A stretch of DNA of 55,783 bases from Nitrososphaeria archaeon (lineage in GTDB: Archaea > Thermoproteota > Nitrososphaeria > Nitrososphaerales > Nitrosopumilaceae), in assembly GCA_010028495.1 (NCBI GenBank), contig RHCX01000001.1, forward strand, positions 1-55,783, read 5' to 3'. The number at the start of each line of letters is the position of its first letter. Position 1 is the first letter of the stretch. Shown one piece after another: positions 9,512-19,369 of this stretch. A model generated the notes under the pieces. It saw nothing but the letters and a program-made list of their open reading frames with translations. It had not been told where the DNA came from and searched no databases. The position numbers and the translations under genes were made by a program.

Positions 9512-10132
9512 GTGCAAGACGTACTGACGGTATTTTCACAGCTTTCCTATGTTGGAATATTTTTACTGCTTGTCTTGGTTAACGTGGCGCCAATCTTGAT
9601 GCCACCTACCTGGCTAATTTTGGCATCGTTTTACCTTCTGGACAACACCTTCAGCCCTGCCTTTTTGGCACTAATTGGTGCAACTGGTGCTACTGCAGGA
9701 CGCGTTTTGTTGTTGTATGGAAGCGTGTATTTTCGAAGGTTCATGAGTGATGAGCGCAAGTCCAGCCTTGACAAAATCGGCAACTATCTCAAATCAAAAA
9801 GATTTGGATTCTTTGCAGCGTCATTTTTGTTCGCTGCTACTCCACTTCCAAGCAATTTTTTGTTTATCAGCTATGGTCTGATGAAGGCAAAGACTGCTCA
9901 GATCTATATGGGATTCTGGCTTGGCAGGGCCATTTCGTATTATGTCATGATTTCAATTAGCAAAATAGTTCTGACGCCGTTTGTGCAAATGTTCACCGAA
10001 AGAATTTGGGGAATTGTTCTAGTTGATGCAATAACTATGGCGATGCTTGTGTTTTTTGCCTGCATTGACTGGAATTTGCTAATATCGGATAAAAAACTCA
10101 GATTTGTCAAACCAAAATTACGGAATCTATAA
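9512..10132 (+). CDS. DedA/SNARE-associated-like membrane protein
   Basis: About 5 TM segments, GATGATAGR, FAATPLPS, GRAISY. Confidence 0.75.
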   Translation: MQDVLTVFSQLSYVGIFLLLVLVNVAPILMPPTWLILASFYLLDNTFSPAFLALIGATGATAGRVLLLYGSVYFRRFMSDERKSSLDKIGNYLKSKRFGFFAASFLFAATPLPSNFLFISYGLMKAKTAQIYMGFWLGRAISYYVMISISKIVLTPFVQMFTERIWGIVLVDAITMAMLVFFACIDWNLLISDKKLRFVKPKLRNL

Positions 10133-10663
10133 TGTTTTTGCCATGATTATGTCGTCTTTGTATTTTTTGTTATGATATACTCCGTTTGGAATTCTTCCAA
10201 TTTCTCTGAATCCAATTTCCTCGTAGAAATTCTTGCCTTTGTTATTGGAATCAAAGACATACAGCTTAACCATCTTTAATCCAAGCTTCTTTTTTGCCTC
10301 AGATAGTGTTAATTTGATAAGACTGGTACCAATTCCGTTTCCTCTGACTTGTTTGATAAGACCAATACCCAAAGTTCCAACATGTCTTGATACGTCATAG
10401 GAATCTCTTGTTATCTCGCAGCTGCCTACAACAATTCCGTCAAACTCGGCAACAATCATGATTTTTTCCTTATTTCTGATTGATTGTATTGTCTGATGTA
10501 GCCATGATTTTTCTTGTTGAATGGTAACCTGGGTTATCTTTGCAATGTCCGCGTTTTCTTTAACTAAAGAATTTATCACATTTCTCAAGCCTTTTACATC
10601 TGATTGTTTTGGATATCTCAGTAGTATTGTTTTATCAAAAATCGTGTATTTTTTGGGGATCAT
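10127..10663 (-). CDS. GNAT-family N-acetyltransferase
   Basis: VRGNGIGTSLI acetyl-CoA motif, N...FYEEIGF. Confidence 0.9.
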   Translation of the reverse strand: MIPKKYTIFDKTILLRYPKQSDVKGLRNVINSLVKENADIAKITQVTIQQEKSWLHQTIQSIRNKEKIMIVAEFDGIVVGSCEITRDSYDVSRHVGTLGIGLIKQVRGNGIGTSLIKLTLSEAKKKLGLKMVKLYVFDSNNKGKNFYEEIGFREIGRIPNGVYHNKKYKDDIIMAKTL

Positions 10664-10721
10664 CGCACAATAAAATACCGAACAAAAAGCTATTTCTAGT
10701 ATGTTTTGAGGATTTTTTGCA

Positions 10722-11342
10722 GTGACATCTCTTAAGAATCTGCAAAAAGAGGTTCAATCAAGAATCCAAAACGATCCTGCGCATGACTACTCTCACATTC
10801 TTCGCGTTTACAAAAACGCTCAAAAAATAGCAAAACACGAAAAGGCAAACTCCAAACTTGTTTTGGCCGCAGTATTATTACACGATATTATACAATTTCC
10901 AAAATCCGATCCTAGAAACAAAACAGCATCGGAAAAAAGTGCAATACTTGCAAAAAAGATCCTGCAAAAACATGATTTTGAAGAATCTGAAATCGCGATA
11001 ATCTGTGACGCTATACGAGATCACAGTTATTCTAGAGGTAAAACACCCCAAACAATCGAGGGCAAAATTCTACAGGATGCAGACAGACTAGATGCCTTGG
11101 GTGCGATTGGAATAGCCAGGACTTTTTCAGTCGGAGGTTCTGAGAAAAGACCAATCTACAACGAATCGGATCCATTCTGTCGTATCAGAAAGCCTGATGA
11201 TAACTCATGGACAGTTGATCATTTTTACAGAAAACTGTTGCTGTTGGAAAAGAAAATGAACACTAATACAGGTAAGGCACTTGCCAAGAAAAGGACAAAA
11301 CTGATGATGAATTTTCTTTCCGATCTAAAGCAAGAGATCTAG
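10722..11342 (+). CDS. HD-domain phosphohydrolase (YedJ-like)
   Basis: AHDYSHILRV, LLHDI, HSYS, QDADRLDALGAIG. Confidence 0.92.
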   Translation: MTSLKNLQKEVQSRIQNDPAHDYSHILRVYKNAQKIAKHEKANSKLVLAAVLLHDIIQFPKSDPRNKTASEKSAILAKKILQKHDFEESEIAIICDAIRDHSYSRGKTPQTIEGKILQDADRLDALGAIGIARTFSVGGSEKRPIYNESDPFCRIRKPDDNSWTVDHFYRKLLLLEKKMNTNTGKALAKKRTKLMMNFLSDLKQEI

Positions 11343-11650
11343 CCGTAATCGACGTATCTCTTGTATCGCTTTTCTATTTCTGGGTTTTTGCCGGAGAGAA
11401 TTTTTTCTATTTCTTCTTTATGACGATTTTTTATGTATGATTTTATGGACTCGAATTTCTCATCTGCAGGATATGCCTGATCAATTTTCTCTACCAAGGA
11501 AAAATACTCGATTGTTTTATTTCGGAATTCGTCTTCTGTAGGCTTTTTGATTCCGTTTAGCCTAAACCAAATGCAAGCCCAGCTGGCACCAATCACATGT
11601 GGTAGTAAATCATATGCACGCTCTATCTCAAACCGTTCGTCGTTTCTCAT
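11339..11650 (-). CDS. Hypothetical protein, translationally coupled to hemB
   Basis: ATGA 4-nt overlap with the hemB stop; 103 aa. Confidence 0.75.
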   Translation of the reverse strand: MRNDERFEIERAYDLLPHVIGASWACIWFRLNGIKKPTEDEFRNKTIEYFSLVEKIDQAYPADEKFESIKSYIKNRHKEEIEKILSGKNPEIEKRYKRYVDYG

Positions 11651-12630
11651 TTGTTCAAAAACGCAGCCATTTTTTTGGCAAAATACGTCACTATCATATC
11701 TGCACCCGCTCGTTTGATAGAGTACATTATCTCTGACATGATGTCTGTTTCATTAATCCAACCTAGTTGGGCAGCTCCCTTGACCAATGCATATTCTCCT
11801 GATACGGAATACGCGGAAACTGGAATGTTGTGGGTTCTTTTGGTCTCGGCAATCAAGTCCAAATACGCCAATGCTGGCTTTACCATCACAATATCAACTC
11901 CTTCGGCTATGTCGAGTTCAATCTCTCTCATTGCCTCCCTTGGATTGGTAAATGGAACTTGGTAGGTCTTTCTATCACCAAACTGTGGTGCACAGTCAGC
12001 AGCGTCACGGAATGGATTGTAAAACGAAGAGCGATGTTTTGCGGAATGTGACATTATTCCAACATCTGAAAATCCATTTTGATCCAAAATCTCTCTGATT
12101 GCCTTTACTTGGCCGTCCATCATTGCAGATGGCGATACAATGTCGACTCCAGCTTTAGCTTGTGACAAAGCAACATTTGCAAGTGTCTTGAGGCTGATGT
12201 CGTTGTCTATTTGGTTTCCCTTTAGAATTCCACAATGACCTGATGATGTATACTGACACAGACAGACATCCGCCATTATCACGACGTCTTCTCCAAAGTT
12301 TTGTCGAACTTGGGATATAGCTTTTTGCACTATTCCATTATCAACAAATGCGCCAGTACCGACATCGTCTTTGTGGGCTGGTATCCCGAACAACATTATT
12401 GCGGGAATTCCCAAGTCTTTGATTTCTTGTACTTCCTTGTTTACTTCGGCTAATGGCAATCTGGTGATGTCTGGCATGGAGCGGACTGTTGTCTTTTCTT
12501 TCAAGTCTTCCTGCACAAACACAGGACAGATTAAATCATTTGTAGAAAATAATACCTCTTGGACTAGGTTTCGCATCTTTTCGTTTTTGCGCAGTCTTCG
12601 TAGTCGTCTTGTTGGAAATGATGCGGACAT
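11647..12630 (-). CDS. hemB: Porphobilinogen synthase (ALA dehydratase)
   Basis: DVCLCQYTSSGHCG zinc site, SAMMDG, MVKPA, VSGEY. Confidence 0.97.
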   Translation of the reverse strand: MSASFPTRRLRRLRKNEKMRNLVQEVLFSTNDLICPVFVQEDLKEKTTVRSMPDITRLPLAEVNKEVQEIKDLGIPAIMLFGIPAHKDDVGTGAFVDNGIVQKAISQVRQNFGEDVVIMADVCLCQYTSSGHCGILKGNQIDNDISLKTLANVALSQAKAGVDIVSPSAMMDGQVKAIREILDQNGFSDVGIMSHSAKHRSSFYNPFRDAADCAPQFGDRKTYQVPFTNPREAMREIELDIAEGVDIVMVKPALAYLDLIAETKRTHNIPVSAYSVSGEYALVKGAAQLGWINETDIMSEIMYSIKRAGADMIVTYFAKKMAAFLNK

Positions 12631-12665
12631 GACAAAAATCACTATACATGCAATATAATTCTAGA

Positions 12666-13916
12666 TTACTCTTTTTTCTTATAGTCGAATAGCTTTGTTG
12701 CAGCTTCTAACAAATCTTGGTCTGCCTGCTCTGATGCCTTTCGTAAATTGTTCATTGGAGTGGATATTATTCCCTCGACTACTGCTTTGGTAAGATCATC
12801 GATAATTTTGACCTTTGATACATCAGTTTCTCCCAGCATACGCAATGCCTTTTCCAGCTCTTTTGCACGTCTTGAATCTATATCCTTGAAGATCTCCTTT
12901 ACAACTGGCTCTACCTTTAGTCGTCGCATTTGGGCTTCTAGTACCTGTATTTCTTCACTAATTATTTTTTCTGCACTGTTTTTTTGATTAGAGCGATACC
13001 TCATGTTCTTGTCTACCATTTCAGCTATCTGGTCCAGATTCATCATCTTGATTCCGTGTATGGTTGCTACTTTTTCATCCACAGTTCTTGGATTGGACAA
13101 GTCCAAAATCATCATACCGTTTTTCTTTTTCATTGCCTCTTTGATTCTATCAAACGTCACCAGAAAATACGGCGCAACCGTTGCCACAAATAATACATCA
13201 TAGTTGGAAAATCCTTTCATTATCTCCTCAAAGCTTACCGGCTCACCGCCCACTGTTTGCGCAAATGCCTGTGAGCGTTCCATCGTTCTACTAGTAACGT
13301 AGAATGGATAGCCTCGCTTTTCTAGGGATTTTGCAACCAGAGTTGCTGCCTCGCCAGTTCCAATTAAGAGGATTCTTTTGGATTTTAGCTCATCAATGTT
13401 TTCCTCTGCCAGTTTGACTGCCATTGAACCAACTGATATTGTACCCTTGTTGATTCCAGTAGAGTTCCTGATTCTAGTTCCTATTCTAACTGCCTTGTCA
13501 AACAAAGTGTTGAGGTATTCACCGGACATTTTCATTTCTTTTGCAGTTACTATTGCATCTCGTATTTGTCCTAGAATCTGCTCTTCTCCTACAACCATTG
13601 AATCAAGGCCTGATGTTAGCTTCAATAGGTGCTCGCATACATCGGCGTATTCAGAGATCTCGAAGTTTTCCTTGAATGCAGTCTCTTCTAGGCCTGCCAA
13701 AGAAGCCCAAGTTTTCTTAATTTTTGCAATGTCTAAATTATCAGTGGAGCCAAATATCTCGACTCGGTTGCATGTCTGCAAAATTACTAATTCCTTTAAT
13801 CCAGAATGTTTTTTGAACGAATCATACGCCGAATCCAGATCCTTAAATGTGAATTTTTCCAAAACGTGAATTGGGGAGTTCCTAAATGTTACACGGGCAT
13901 TGATGATATTGCTCAT
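12666..13916 (-). CDS. hemA: Glutamyl-tRNA reductase
   Basis: TCNRVE, SGLDSMVVGEEQILGQ, IGTGE, DLSNPR. Confidence 0.97.
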   Translation of the reverse strand: MSNIINARVTFRNSPIHVLEKFTFKDLDSAYDSFKKHSGLKELVILQTCNRVEIFGSTDNLDIAKIKKTWASLAGLEETAFKENFEISEYADVCEHLLKLTSGLDSMVVGEEQILGQIRDAIVTAKEMKMSGEYLNTLFDKAVRIGTRIRNSTGINKGTISVGSMAVKLAEENIDELKSKRILLIGTGEAATLVAKSLEKRGYPFYVTSRTMERSQAFAQTVGGEPVSFEEIMKGFSNYDVLFVATVAPYFLVTFDRIKEAMKKKNGMMILDLSNPRTVDEKVATIHGIKMMNLDQIAEMVDKNMRYRSNQKNSAEKIISEEIQVLEAQMRRLKVEPVVKEIFKDIDSRRAKELEKALRMLGETDVSKVKIIDDLTKAVVEGIISTPMNNLRKASEQADQDLLEAATKLFDYKKKE

Positions 13917-14566
13917 TTCCACTCGCTTAGTATCCTCATTACTTCCTTTTCTGCAGCTGGGAAATTATCATCTTTTAATAACTGTTTGATCTCGGTATTA
14001 TTCAAAATTGAATACAGGAATCTTTTCCTCCCAAGCACTGTCGGAATTTTGTCCCTTGCGGAATCACGAGCTATTTTTTGAAGCTTTATCTGATAAATGT
14101 CTTCTCTGTCTATTATTTCGTTAAAGATTTTTTCTGCCTTTACCTTGAGCTTTCTAGCCATTGCTGGTGCGCGTCCTCCAGTAGATATTGCGACTTGGAC
14201 TGTATCTTGTATGTTTATGACGGATGGATGCGCAAAGTCTGAAAATTCCGGATCGTCGGCTGCATATGCATAACACCTTTTTCTTTTTGCCTCTTGTGAA
14301 ATCTTTCTGTTCAGTTCTTTGTTGTCAGTTGCTGCCATTACAAGAATCGGATCATATTCTTTAAGGAAACTTGCATTTTCAAGCTTTATTTTTTTGAATT
14401 CAATTTTGCCCTGCTTTACTAACTTTTGCACTTGGGGTGTTGCAGAATCTGAAATGACCAAAATCTGACAGTCCTGAGTCAAAAGCGAGTTTATTTTTTT
14501 GAGACCTTCTCCTCCAGCACCTACAACAATTACTTGCTTGCCCTTTAGGTTGAGGTCTACAATCAC
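13913..14566 (-). CDS. sirC: Precorrin-2 dehydrogenase / sirohydrochlorin ferrochelatase (SirC/Met8/CysG N-terminal); probable GTG start 14566
   Basis: VVGAGGEG Rossmann motif, AATD, DDP..SDF..P, AISTGGRAPAMA. Confidence 0.9.
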   Translation of the reverse strand: MIVDLNLKGKQVIVVGAGGEGLKKINSLLTQDCQILVISDSATPQVQKLVKQGKIEFKKIKLENASFLKEYDPILVMAATDNKELNRKISQEAKRKRCYAYAADDPEFSDFAHPSVINIQDTVQVAISTGGRAPAMARKLKVKAEKIFNEIIDREDIYQIKLQKIARDSARDKIPTVLGRKRFLYSILNNTEIKQLLKDDNFPAAEKEVMRILSEWK

Positions 14567-14650
14567 GATCAGAGACGTTGTGAAATTGTATTTATAGGAT
14601 TGTTCAATTCTCGCTACGTTTTTAACGAAAATTACGACTGTACAAAACAC

Positions 14651-15664
14651 ATGGATTCACTGGACAAAGAAATTCTAAATGAAATACAATGGTCGTTTCC
14701 TCTTGTAGCCGAACCGTACAAGGCCTTGGCAGAAAAATTCCACATAACGCACGAGGAGATGAAAAACAGAATTACAAATCTAAAGTCTGCGGGCGTTTTG
14801 CGACAACTCTCTGCAATTTTTGACACCAGAAGACTGGGATACAAAAGCTCTCTAGTCGCAATGGCTATTTTACCTGACAAACTGGATTATGTTGCAAATC
14901 AGATTAATCGTCATCCGGGAGTTTCTCACAATTATGAGCGAAATCACGAGTACAATCTCTGGTTTACACTGGCAACACCGCCGGGCTCTGATCTAAAGAC
15001 AGAGGTAGACAAGTTTTCAAAACTGCCAGGAATTCTCAAAGTTAGACTGCTTCCAACAATAAAGCTATTCAAAATTGGAGTCAAGCTCGATATGGTTGAC
15101 GACAAGAAAAAAGAGATAGCTCCAACAGAAGAAAAGAAAAAAATCAACGACATAAAATTCACCCCAACCGAAGACGACAAAGAGTTCATCAGACATTTGC
15201 AAAAAGACCTTCCAGTAGTGGATAGGCCATTTCTTGCATCTGCAAACGCATTGGGGATGACGGAATCTCAAGTCTTTGAAAAACTGCAATACTATGAGGA
15301 AATAGGCGTGATGAGAAGATACGCGGCCATTCTGAGACACCGAGATGTGGGCTTTACTGCAAACGGCATGATAGTGTGGAAGGTTCCAGAAGACAAAATC
15401 GAGCCAGTCGGCGAAAAACTGGGGGCATTTCCTCAAATCAGTCATTGTTATCAAAGACCAGTATATGCCGATTGGCCATACAACGTGTTCTCAATGGTGC
15501 ACTGCAAATCAGTTGCAGAGGCAGAAGACATGGCAAAAGACATTCAAAAACATATTCAGGTAGATGATTACAGGATTTTGTTCAGCTCACGCGAATTCAA
15601 AAAGACACGTGTCGAATATTTCACGGAAAGCGAATTTACCGTAGAAAATCCGATCACTGCTTAG
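14651..15664 (+). CDS. ahbAB: Fused siroheme decarboxylase AhbA-AhbB (NirDL-like, Lrp/AsnC fold)
   Basis: Two tandem Lrp-like halves with GVSHNYER..YNLWFTL and ISHCYQRP..WPYNVFSMVH; divergent from sirC-hemA-hemB. Confidence 0.88.
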   Translation: MDSLDKEILNEIQWSFPLVAEPYKALAEKFHITHEEMKNRITNLKSAGVLRQLSAIFDTRRLGYKSSLVAMAILPDKLDYVANQINRHPGVSHNYERNHEYNLWFTLATPPGSDLKTEVDKFSKLPGILKVRLLPTIKLFKIGVKLDMVDDKKKEIAPTEEKKKINDIKFTPTEDDKEFIRHLQKDLPVVDRPFLASANALGMTESQVFEKLQYYEEIGVMRRYAAILRHRDVGFTANGMIVWKVPEDKIEPVGEKLGAFPQISHCYQRPVYADWPYNVFSMVHCKSVAEAEDMAKDIQKHIQVDDYRILFSSREFKKTRVEYFTESEFTVENPITA

Positions 15665-15825
15665 AGAAAATCTTGATGTGCTATAGGTACCAAATCCAAA
15701 CAAAATCCGTTTCCATGCAAAGAACAGATTTACCATACTAGGAGAGAAAACATGTGGACATCTCTCAACCAAAATATGGATACTTGTACTATTAATCCTC
15801 TCTTAGAATGTCAAATGTGCAAGAT

Positions 15826-16122
15826 TTACTGTGCAAGAGCGGTCAAAAAGCTAGTATAGTAATCTTTGTTGCCTACTCCATCAAGTTCCAGTTTTATTTC
15901 ATTGAAAATCTGCTGGTATGACTTACCAAAGATATCCTGTAGGATTTGCTTTAATGCCTGCGGGTTTTTGTCGCAATCAGAAATGTGTAATCCGTATTCT
16001 TTTTCTAGCCTTGATATGACTTTGTCATAATATGGTCCGCCGACTCGTACAAGGGCTGCCTCTATGGAAAATACCAAAAGTGCCTTGTTGATTGCCTGAT
16101 CGGGGTCTACACTGTAAATCAT
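15826..16122 (-). CDS. Hypothetical protein resembling the thaumarchaeal NitrOD5-type output domain (alternative start 16146)
   Basis: IEAALVRVGGPYYDKV..L..EY...ISDC...P..LK.IL..IFG pattern, recalled from thaumarchaeal signalling proteins. Confidence 0.6.
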   Translation of the reverse strand: MIYSVDPDQAINKALLVFSIEAALVRVGGPYYDKVISRLEKEYGLHISDCDKNPQALKQILQDIFGKSYQQIFNEIKLELDGVGNKDYYTSFLTALAQ

Positions 16123-16199
16123 GTCTTGATTGTATCTCTTTATCAAAATGATATAACGACGGCGGAATCTGATCTAGTTTTGCGATTCCAAAGTGGAAT

Positions 16200-17192
16200 T
16201 TATGCTACTGTTGCCTTGAGCTCGTATGACGGCCAGGTAGAATACATCTTGGCGATTTCTGCCATGTCTGATGCTGGAACATATCTTCCATCTGACATTG
16301 CGGCAAACTGCTCAATTTCCTCTATACTAATTACAGTTGGAAACACTGAGGCGACTGGATTCTTTGATAGAATGAACTTGATTGCAAGCTCTGTTATGTT
16401 GAGGCCATTTCTTTCCGCGATTGGTCGTAGCTGCTCAACTTTGTCCAATGCTGATTTTACCCATTCTCCGCGTCGAACCGAGCGATGGTCTTTTTCATCT
16501 ATTTTGGTATCTGCCTTTACTTTACCAGTGAGGATTCCAGATGCATCTGGCACTCGAACCAAGATTCCAACGTTTTTGTTTGCGGCAGTCTCGATTAGCT
16601 CGTTTCCAGGGGTCTGCTCCAAAATATTGTAAACTGTTTGGACAGCAGAGACATTTTTGCGCTCCATGGCAACTAGTCCTTCCTTGGTCCAGCCTATGGC
16701 AGGACCTAATGCTATCTGATAGGTGCCAATTACTCCTTCGTTTATCTTATTATCTAAAGTGTTGAAAATTACATCATCCTGAATGTGGTACATCTTTGGA
16801 TTGTGCAGTCCGTAAACATCAATATGATCGGTTTGCAGTCTTGCCAGGCTGTTTCGTAGAGCGTGTTCTGTAAATAATGGGTCAAATCTCTGCGGCAATT
16901 CAGAGTGGCCGATCTGAGCTGCACCCTCGAACTCATATCCATATTTTGTTGAAATTACTATGTCACTTCGCATTCCTTTGAAGACTTCGCCGATTAGCTT
17001 TTCACTTTTACCTTTACCATACATGTCGCCTGTCTCAAAGAGATTGATTCCAAGATCATATGCTCGCTTTAACATTCTTTTAGCTTCATCGTCTTCGATT
17101 TTTTTGCCCCACCAGTCCAAAGCTATGGTCCAAGCTCCAAATCCTATCTCGGATACTTTGATTCCGCTTTTTCCCAGCGTTCTGTATTTCAA
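16200..17192 (-). CDS. Aldo/keto reductase (probable TTG start 17192)
   Basis: LGKSGIKVSEIGFGAW, YGKGKSE, STK, SLARLQTDHIDVYGLH, Q..YNILE. Confidence 0.92.
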   Translation of the reverse strand: MKYRTLGKSGIKVSEIGFGAWTIALDWWGKKIEDDEAKRMLKRAYDLGINLFETGDMYGKGKSEKLIGEVFKGMRSDIVISTKYGYEFEGAAQIGHSELPQRFDPLFTEHALRNSLARLQTDHIDVYGLHNPKMYHIQDDVIFNTLDNKINEGVIGTYQIALGPAIGWTKEGLVAMERKNVSAVQTVYNILEQTPGNELIETAANKNVGILVRVPDASGILTGKVKADTKIDEKDHRSVRRGEWVKSALDKVEQLRPIAERNGLNITELAIKFILSKNPVASVFPTVISIEEIEQFAAMSDGRYVPASDMAEIAKMYSTWPSYELKATVA

Positions 17193-17265
17193 TTCAATAT
17201 CTCCTGATATTGTTCGGACTTGCAAATTTGCATTTATGTTTATCCCAGATTTGCATCCCTGAAAC

Positions 17266-17934
17266 TTAGCCGAGGCTGGAGATAAGCGGTATGATGTCTT
17301 TTTTCACACAGACGATCATTGGCGTGTCGCGCTCAATGTACTTTGAGACCTGGGTCTCTCTAAGCTCCATTATCAAGTCCTGAAATGCGTTCAGCTCGTC
17401 CGATTCAAATGCCAGCATGAAATCTTCATCGTGAATTCCAAACGAGTATGTTGTGTTTAGCAAAACCTGCGGATATTTGTGGCCTACCTCAATGTGCTCA
17501 TCCATCATTTTCTTGCGTTGCTCTAAAGGCAACAAATACCAGTCTCTAGTTTTGACAAATGGATACACTACAACGTATTTTTTTGCCTCCTCTCCGGCAA
17601 TAAATGAAGACGTTCTTCCTGTTTTTGCGTAAATTGATGGTCTGGTACATGATAGATACACATGAGATGGTATGATGTATTTGCCAAAAACAGTGGTGTA
17701 CAGTTTTGATATTGTGTTTTGTATGTCGTCTATGGATTCTGATGCAAACCATATTAGAAACTCTGCATCATCACGCAGTCCCAAGGTGGAATAGATTCTG
17801 TATTTTGTTTTGGAGTTTCTGAGAACCTGATCAATTTCCTTTGCGGATTCTTCCTTTGCTAGGTCTGCCATCCAGCGCCATTTTGGATCTATTTTGAAAA
17901 ATGAAAAGTTGAAAAATGTTCTTGCCTCTACCAT
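17266..17934 (-). CDS. Chlorite dismutase-family heme protein, probably coproheme decarboxylase (ChdC/HemQ)-like
   Basis: YPFVK..WY.L..EQR..MM.EH..VG..Y with the proximal His; near heme genes. Confidence 0.82.
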   Translation of the reverse strand: MVEARTFFNFSFFKIDPKWRWMADLAKEESAKEIDQVLRNSKTKYRIYSTLGLRDDAEFLIWFASESIDDIQNTISKLYTTVFGKYIIPSHVYLSCTRPSIYAKTGRTSSFIAGEEAKKYVVVYPFVKTRDWYLLPLEQRKKMMDEHIEVGHKYPQVLLNTTYSFGIHDEDFMLAFESDELNAFQDLIMELRETQVSKYIERDTPMIVCVKKDIIPLISSLG

Positions 17935-18022
17935 GGTTTTGGTTTTGGTTTAACCATATTTAACGATAATTTTGAAAATCACGATTTGGATGAATCTTTA
18001 ATTGAATTACTGCTAATATTGC

Positions 18023-18232
18023 ATGATGAAAAGGAACAAACTACTCTGGTTTTGCACCTGTACTGCTTTGGAGTTGATGACTGCAACAGGAGTTACAGGG
18101 TATTTGTTGTATTTGGGCCAGGGAACACTCGCGCTCATTTCTGGTGTGGTATTTGCCAAGGTTATTGCCTTTCATTTTATAATAGAAATACATGAAAGAT
18201 TCAAGAAAAAACATGTGATTTTGAAATCTTAA
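18023..18232 (+). CDS. Small membrane protein
   Basis: 69 aa, two hydrophobic segments, basic ends; fills an otherwise empty gap. Confidence 0.5.
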   Translation: MMKRNKLLWFCTCTALELMTATGVTGYLLYLGQGTLALISGVVFAKVIAFHFIIEIHERFKKKHVILKS

Positions 18233-18258
18233 TGTGCCAGGTATAATACAATGGTATT

Positions 18259-18999
18259 ATGGCATACGTGGGCAATCCGATTGATGTTATAAAAAAACTA
18301 TACACGGACAAGCAATGGGATGAGATTGTTTTATTTTGCCAAAACATGCTCAAGGCAGATCCAAAAGACATGATTGCTCTGCAGAACATTGCCATGGCGT
18401 CTTTGAATCTTGGCAGACTTGATCAGGCGATATCATTCTGCGATAAAGTATTGGAGATAAACGAGTTTGATGAATATGCTACAAAAAACAAGATTCTTGC
18501 TCTGGAAAAGCTAGGTAAATTTGATTCGGTGATAGAGATGTGCAACAAGATGTTAACGCAAAGCCCGTTTAATCCATGGATTTTGAACACCAAGGGACTT
18601 GCGTATAATGAAATGCAAAAGCATGATTCTGCAATACAATACTATGACATGGCGCTAAGAATAGAGCCTGACAATGTAACTGCGTTATTGAACAAGGCAA
18701 ACACGCTTTTGTTTTTGGGAAAATTTGCAGATGCAATACCGTTGTTTGATAAGGCACAGCAACGGGAAAAGTCAAGCTTTGCAGCAAATGCTAAGTCACA
18801 GGCATACCAAAAGCTAGGAAAAGAAGACGAGGCGTTTTTGGCAGCTCAGGGAGTTTTGGTCTCTGATATTGAGCGATATGTTGAAGATGCTCAAGAAAAA
18901 AAGATGAAGATCTTTGATTATTATTGCATGATTGAGTATGAATTGATGGAAAAGGCGAAAAATCAACCAAAGACTGAATTCAAAGTTGAATTAGAGTAA
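18259..18999 (+). CDS. TPR-repeat protein
   Basis: Repeated A..N.G/A..L..LG....AI..YD.AL.I.P units. Confidence 0.9.
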   Translation: MAYVGNPIDVIKKLYTDKQWDEIVLFCQNMLKADPKDMIALQNIAMASLNLGRLDQAISFCDKVLEINEFDEYATKNKILALEKLGKFDSVIEMCNKMLTQSPFNPWILNTKGLAYNEMQKHDSAIQYYDMALRIEPDNVTALLNKANTLLFLGKFADAIPLFDKAQQREKSSFAANAKSQAYQKLGKEDEAFLAAQGVLVSDIERYVEDAQEKKMKIFDYYCMIEYELMEKAKNQPKTEFKVELE

Positions 19000-19159
19000 C
19001 TTGATTATCATGAGTTCGGTACTAATCAAAAATCAAACAATTTACATTTCATGGATTAGATCCGTGAAGTTATTTTGTGGTTCAAATGTGGTGTGATTTT
19101 ACGCATGACACTTGAAAATGCTGGACAGTAGACCATCTTACAATACCAGTTATTGTTTT

Positions 19160-19369
19160 TTATGCGATCTCGATGATTTTTTCCTTTGATTTGTGACCAG
19201 ATTTTATAACAACATTGGAAGAAGAAACCCCGAAATGCTTTGCCAACTTTTTGATAATCTCCTTATTTGCTTTTCCGCCAACTGGCTTGGCAGTGACTCC
19301 TATGGTGATATGATTGTCAACAACCTCAACAAAGTCTTGTCTAAAAACTATCGAAACAGAATACAGCAA
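19160..19369 (-). CDS. DUF167/UPF0235 (YggU) family protein
   Basis: KPVGGKAN.E.IK.LAKHFGV...V.IKSG..SKEK. Confidence 0.88.
   Translation of the reverse strand: MLYSVSIVFRQDFVEVVDNHITIGVTAKPVGGKANKEIIKKLAKHFGVSSSNVVIKSGHKSKEKIIEIA

Noticed and set aside
13378-13869. Long antisense ORFs (this one, 16126-16632, 45498-45986, 46725-47357, 47460-47936, 50735-51238)
   Set aside because: Lie opposite well-conserved genes and show Ser/Ile/Phe-rich shadow composition
15668-15827. 8-bp inverted ends AAATCTTG / CAAGATTT bounding a 160-nt intergenic gap (MITE-like)
   Set aside because: Short AT-rich match, no target-site duplication and no second copy seen in the window
17935-17952. GGTTTT x3 short repeat upstream of the ChdC-like gene
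   Set aside because: Too short and low in complexity to support a function
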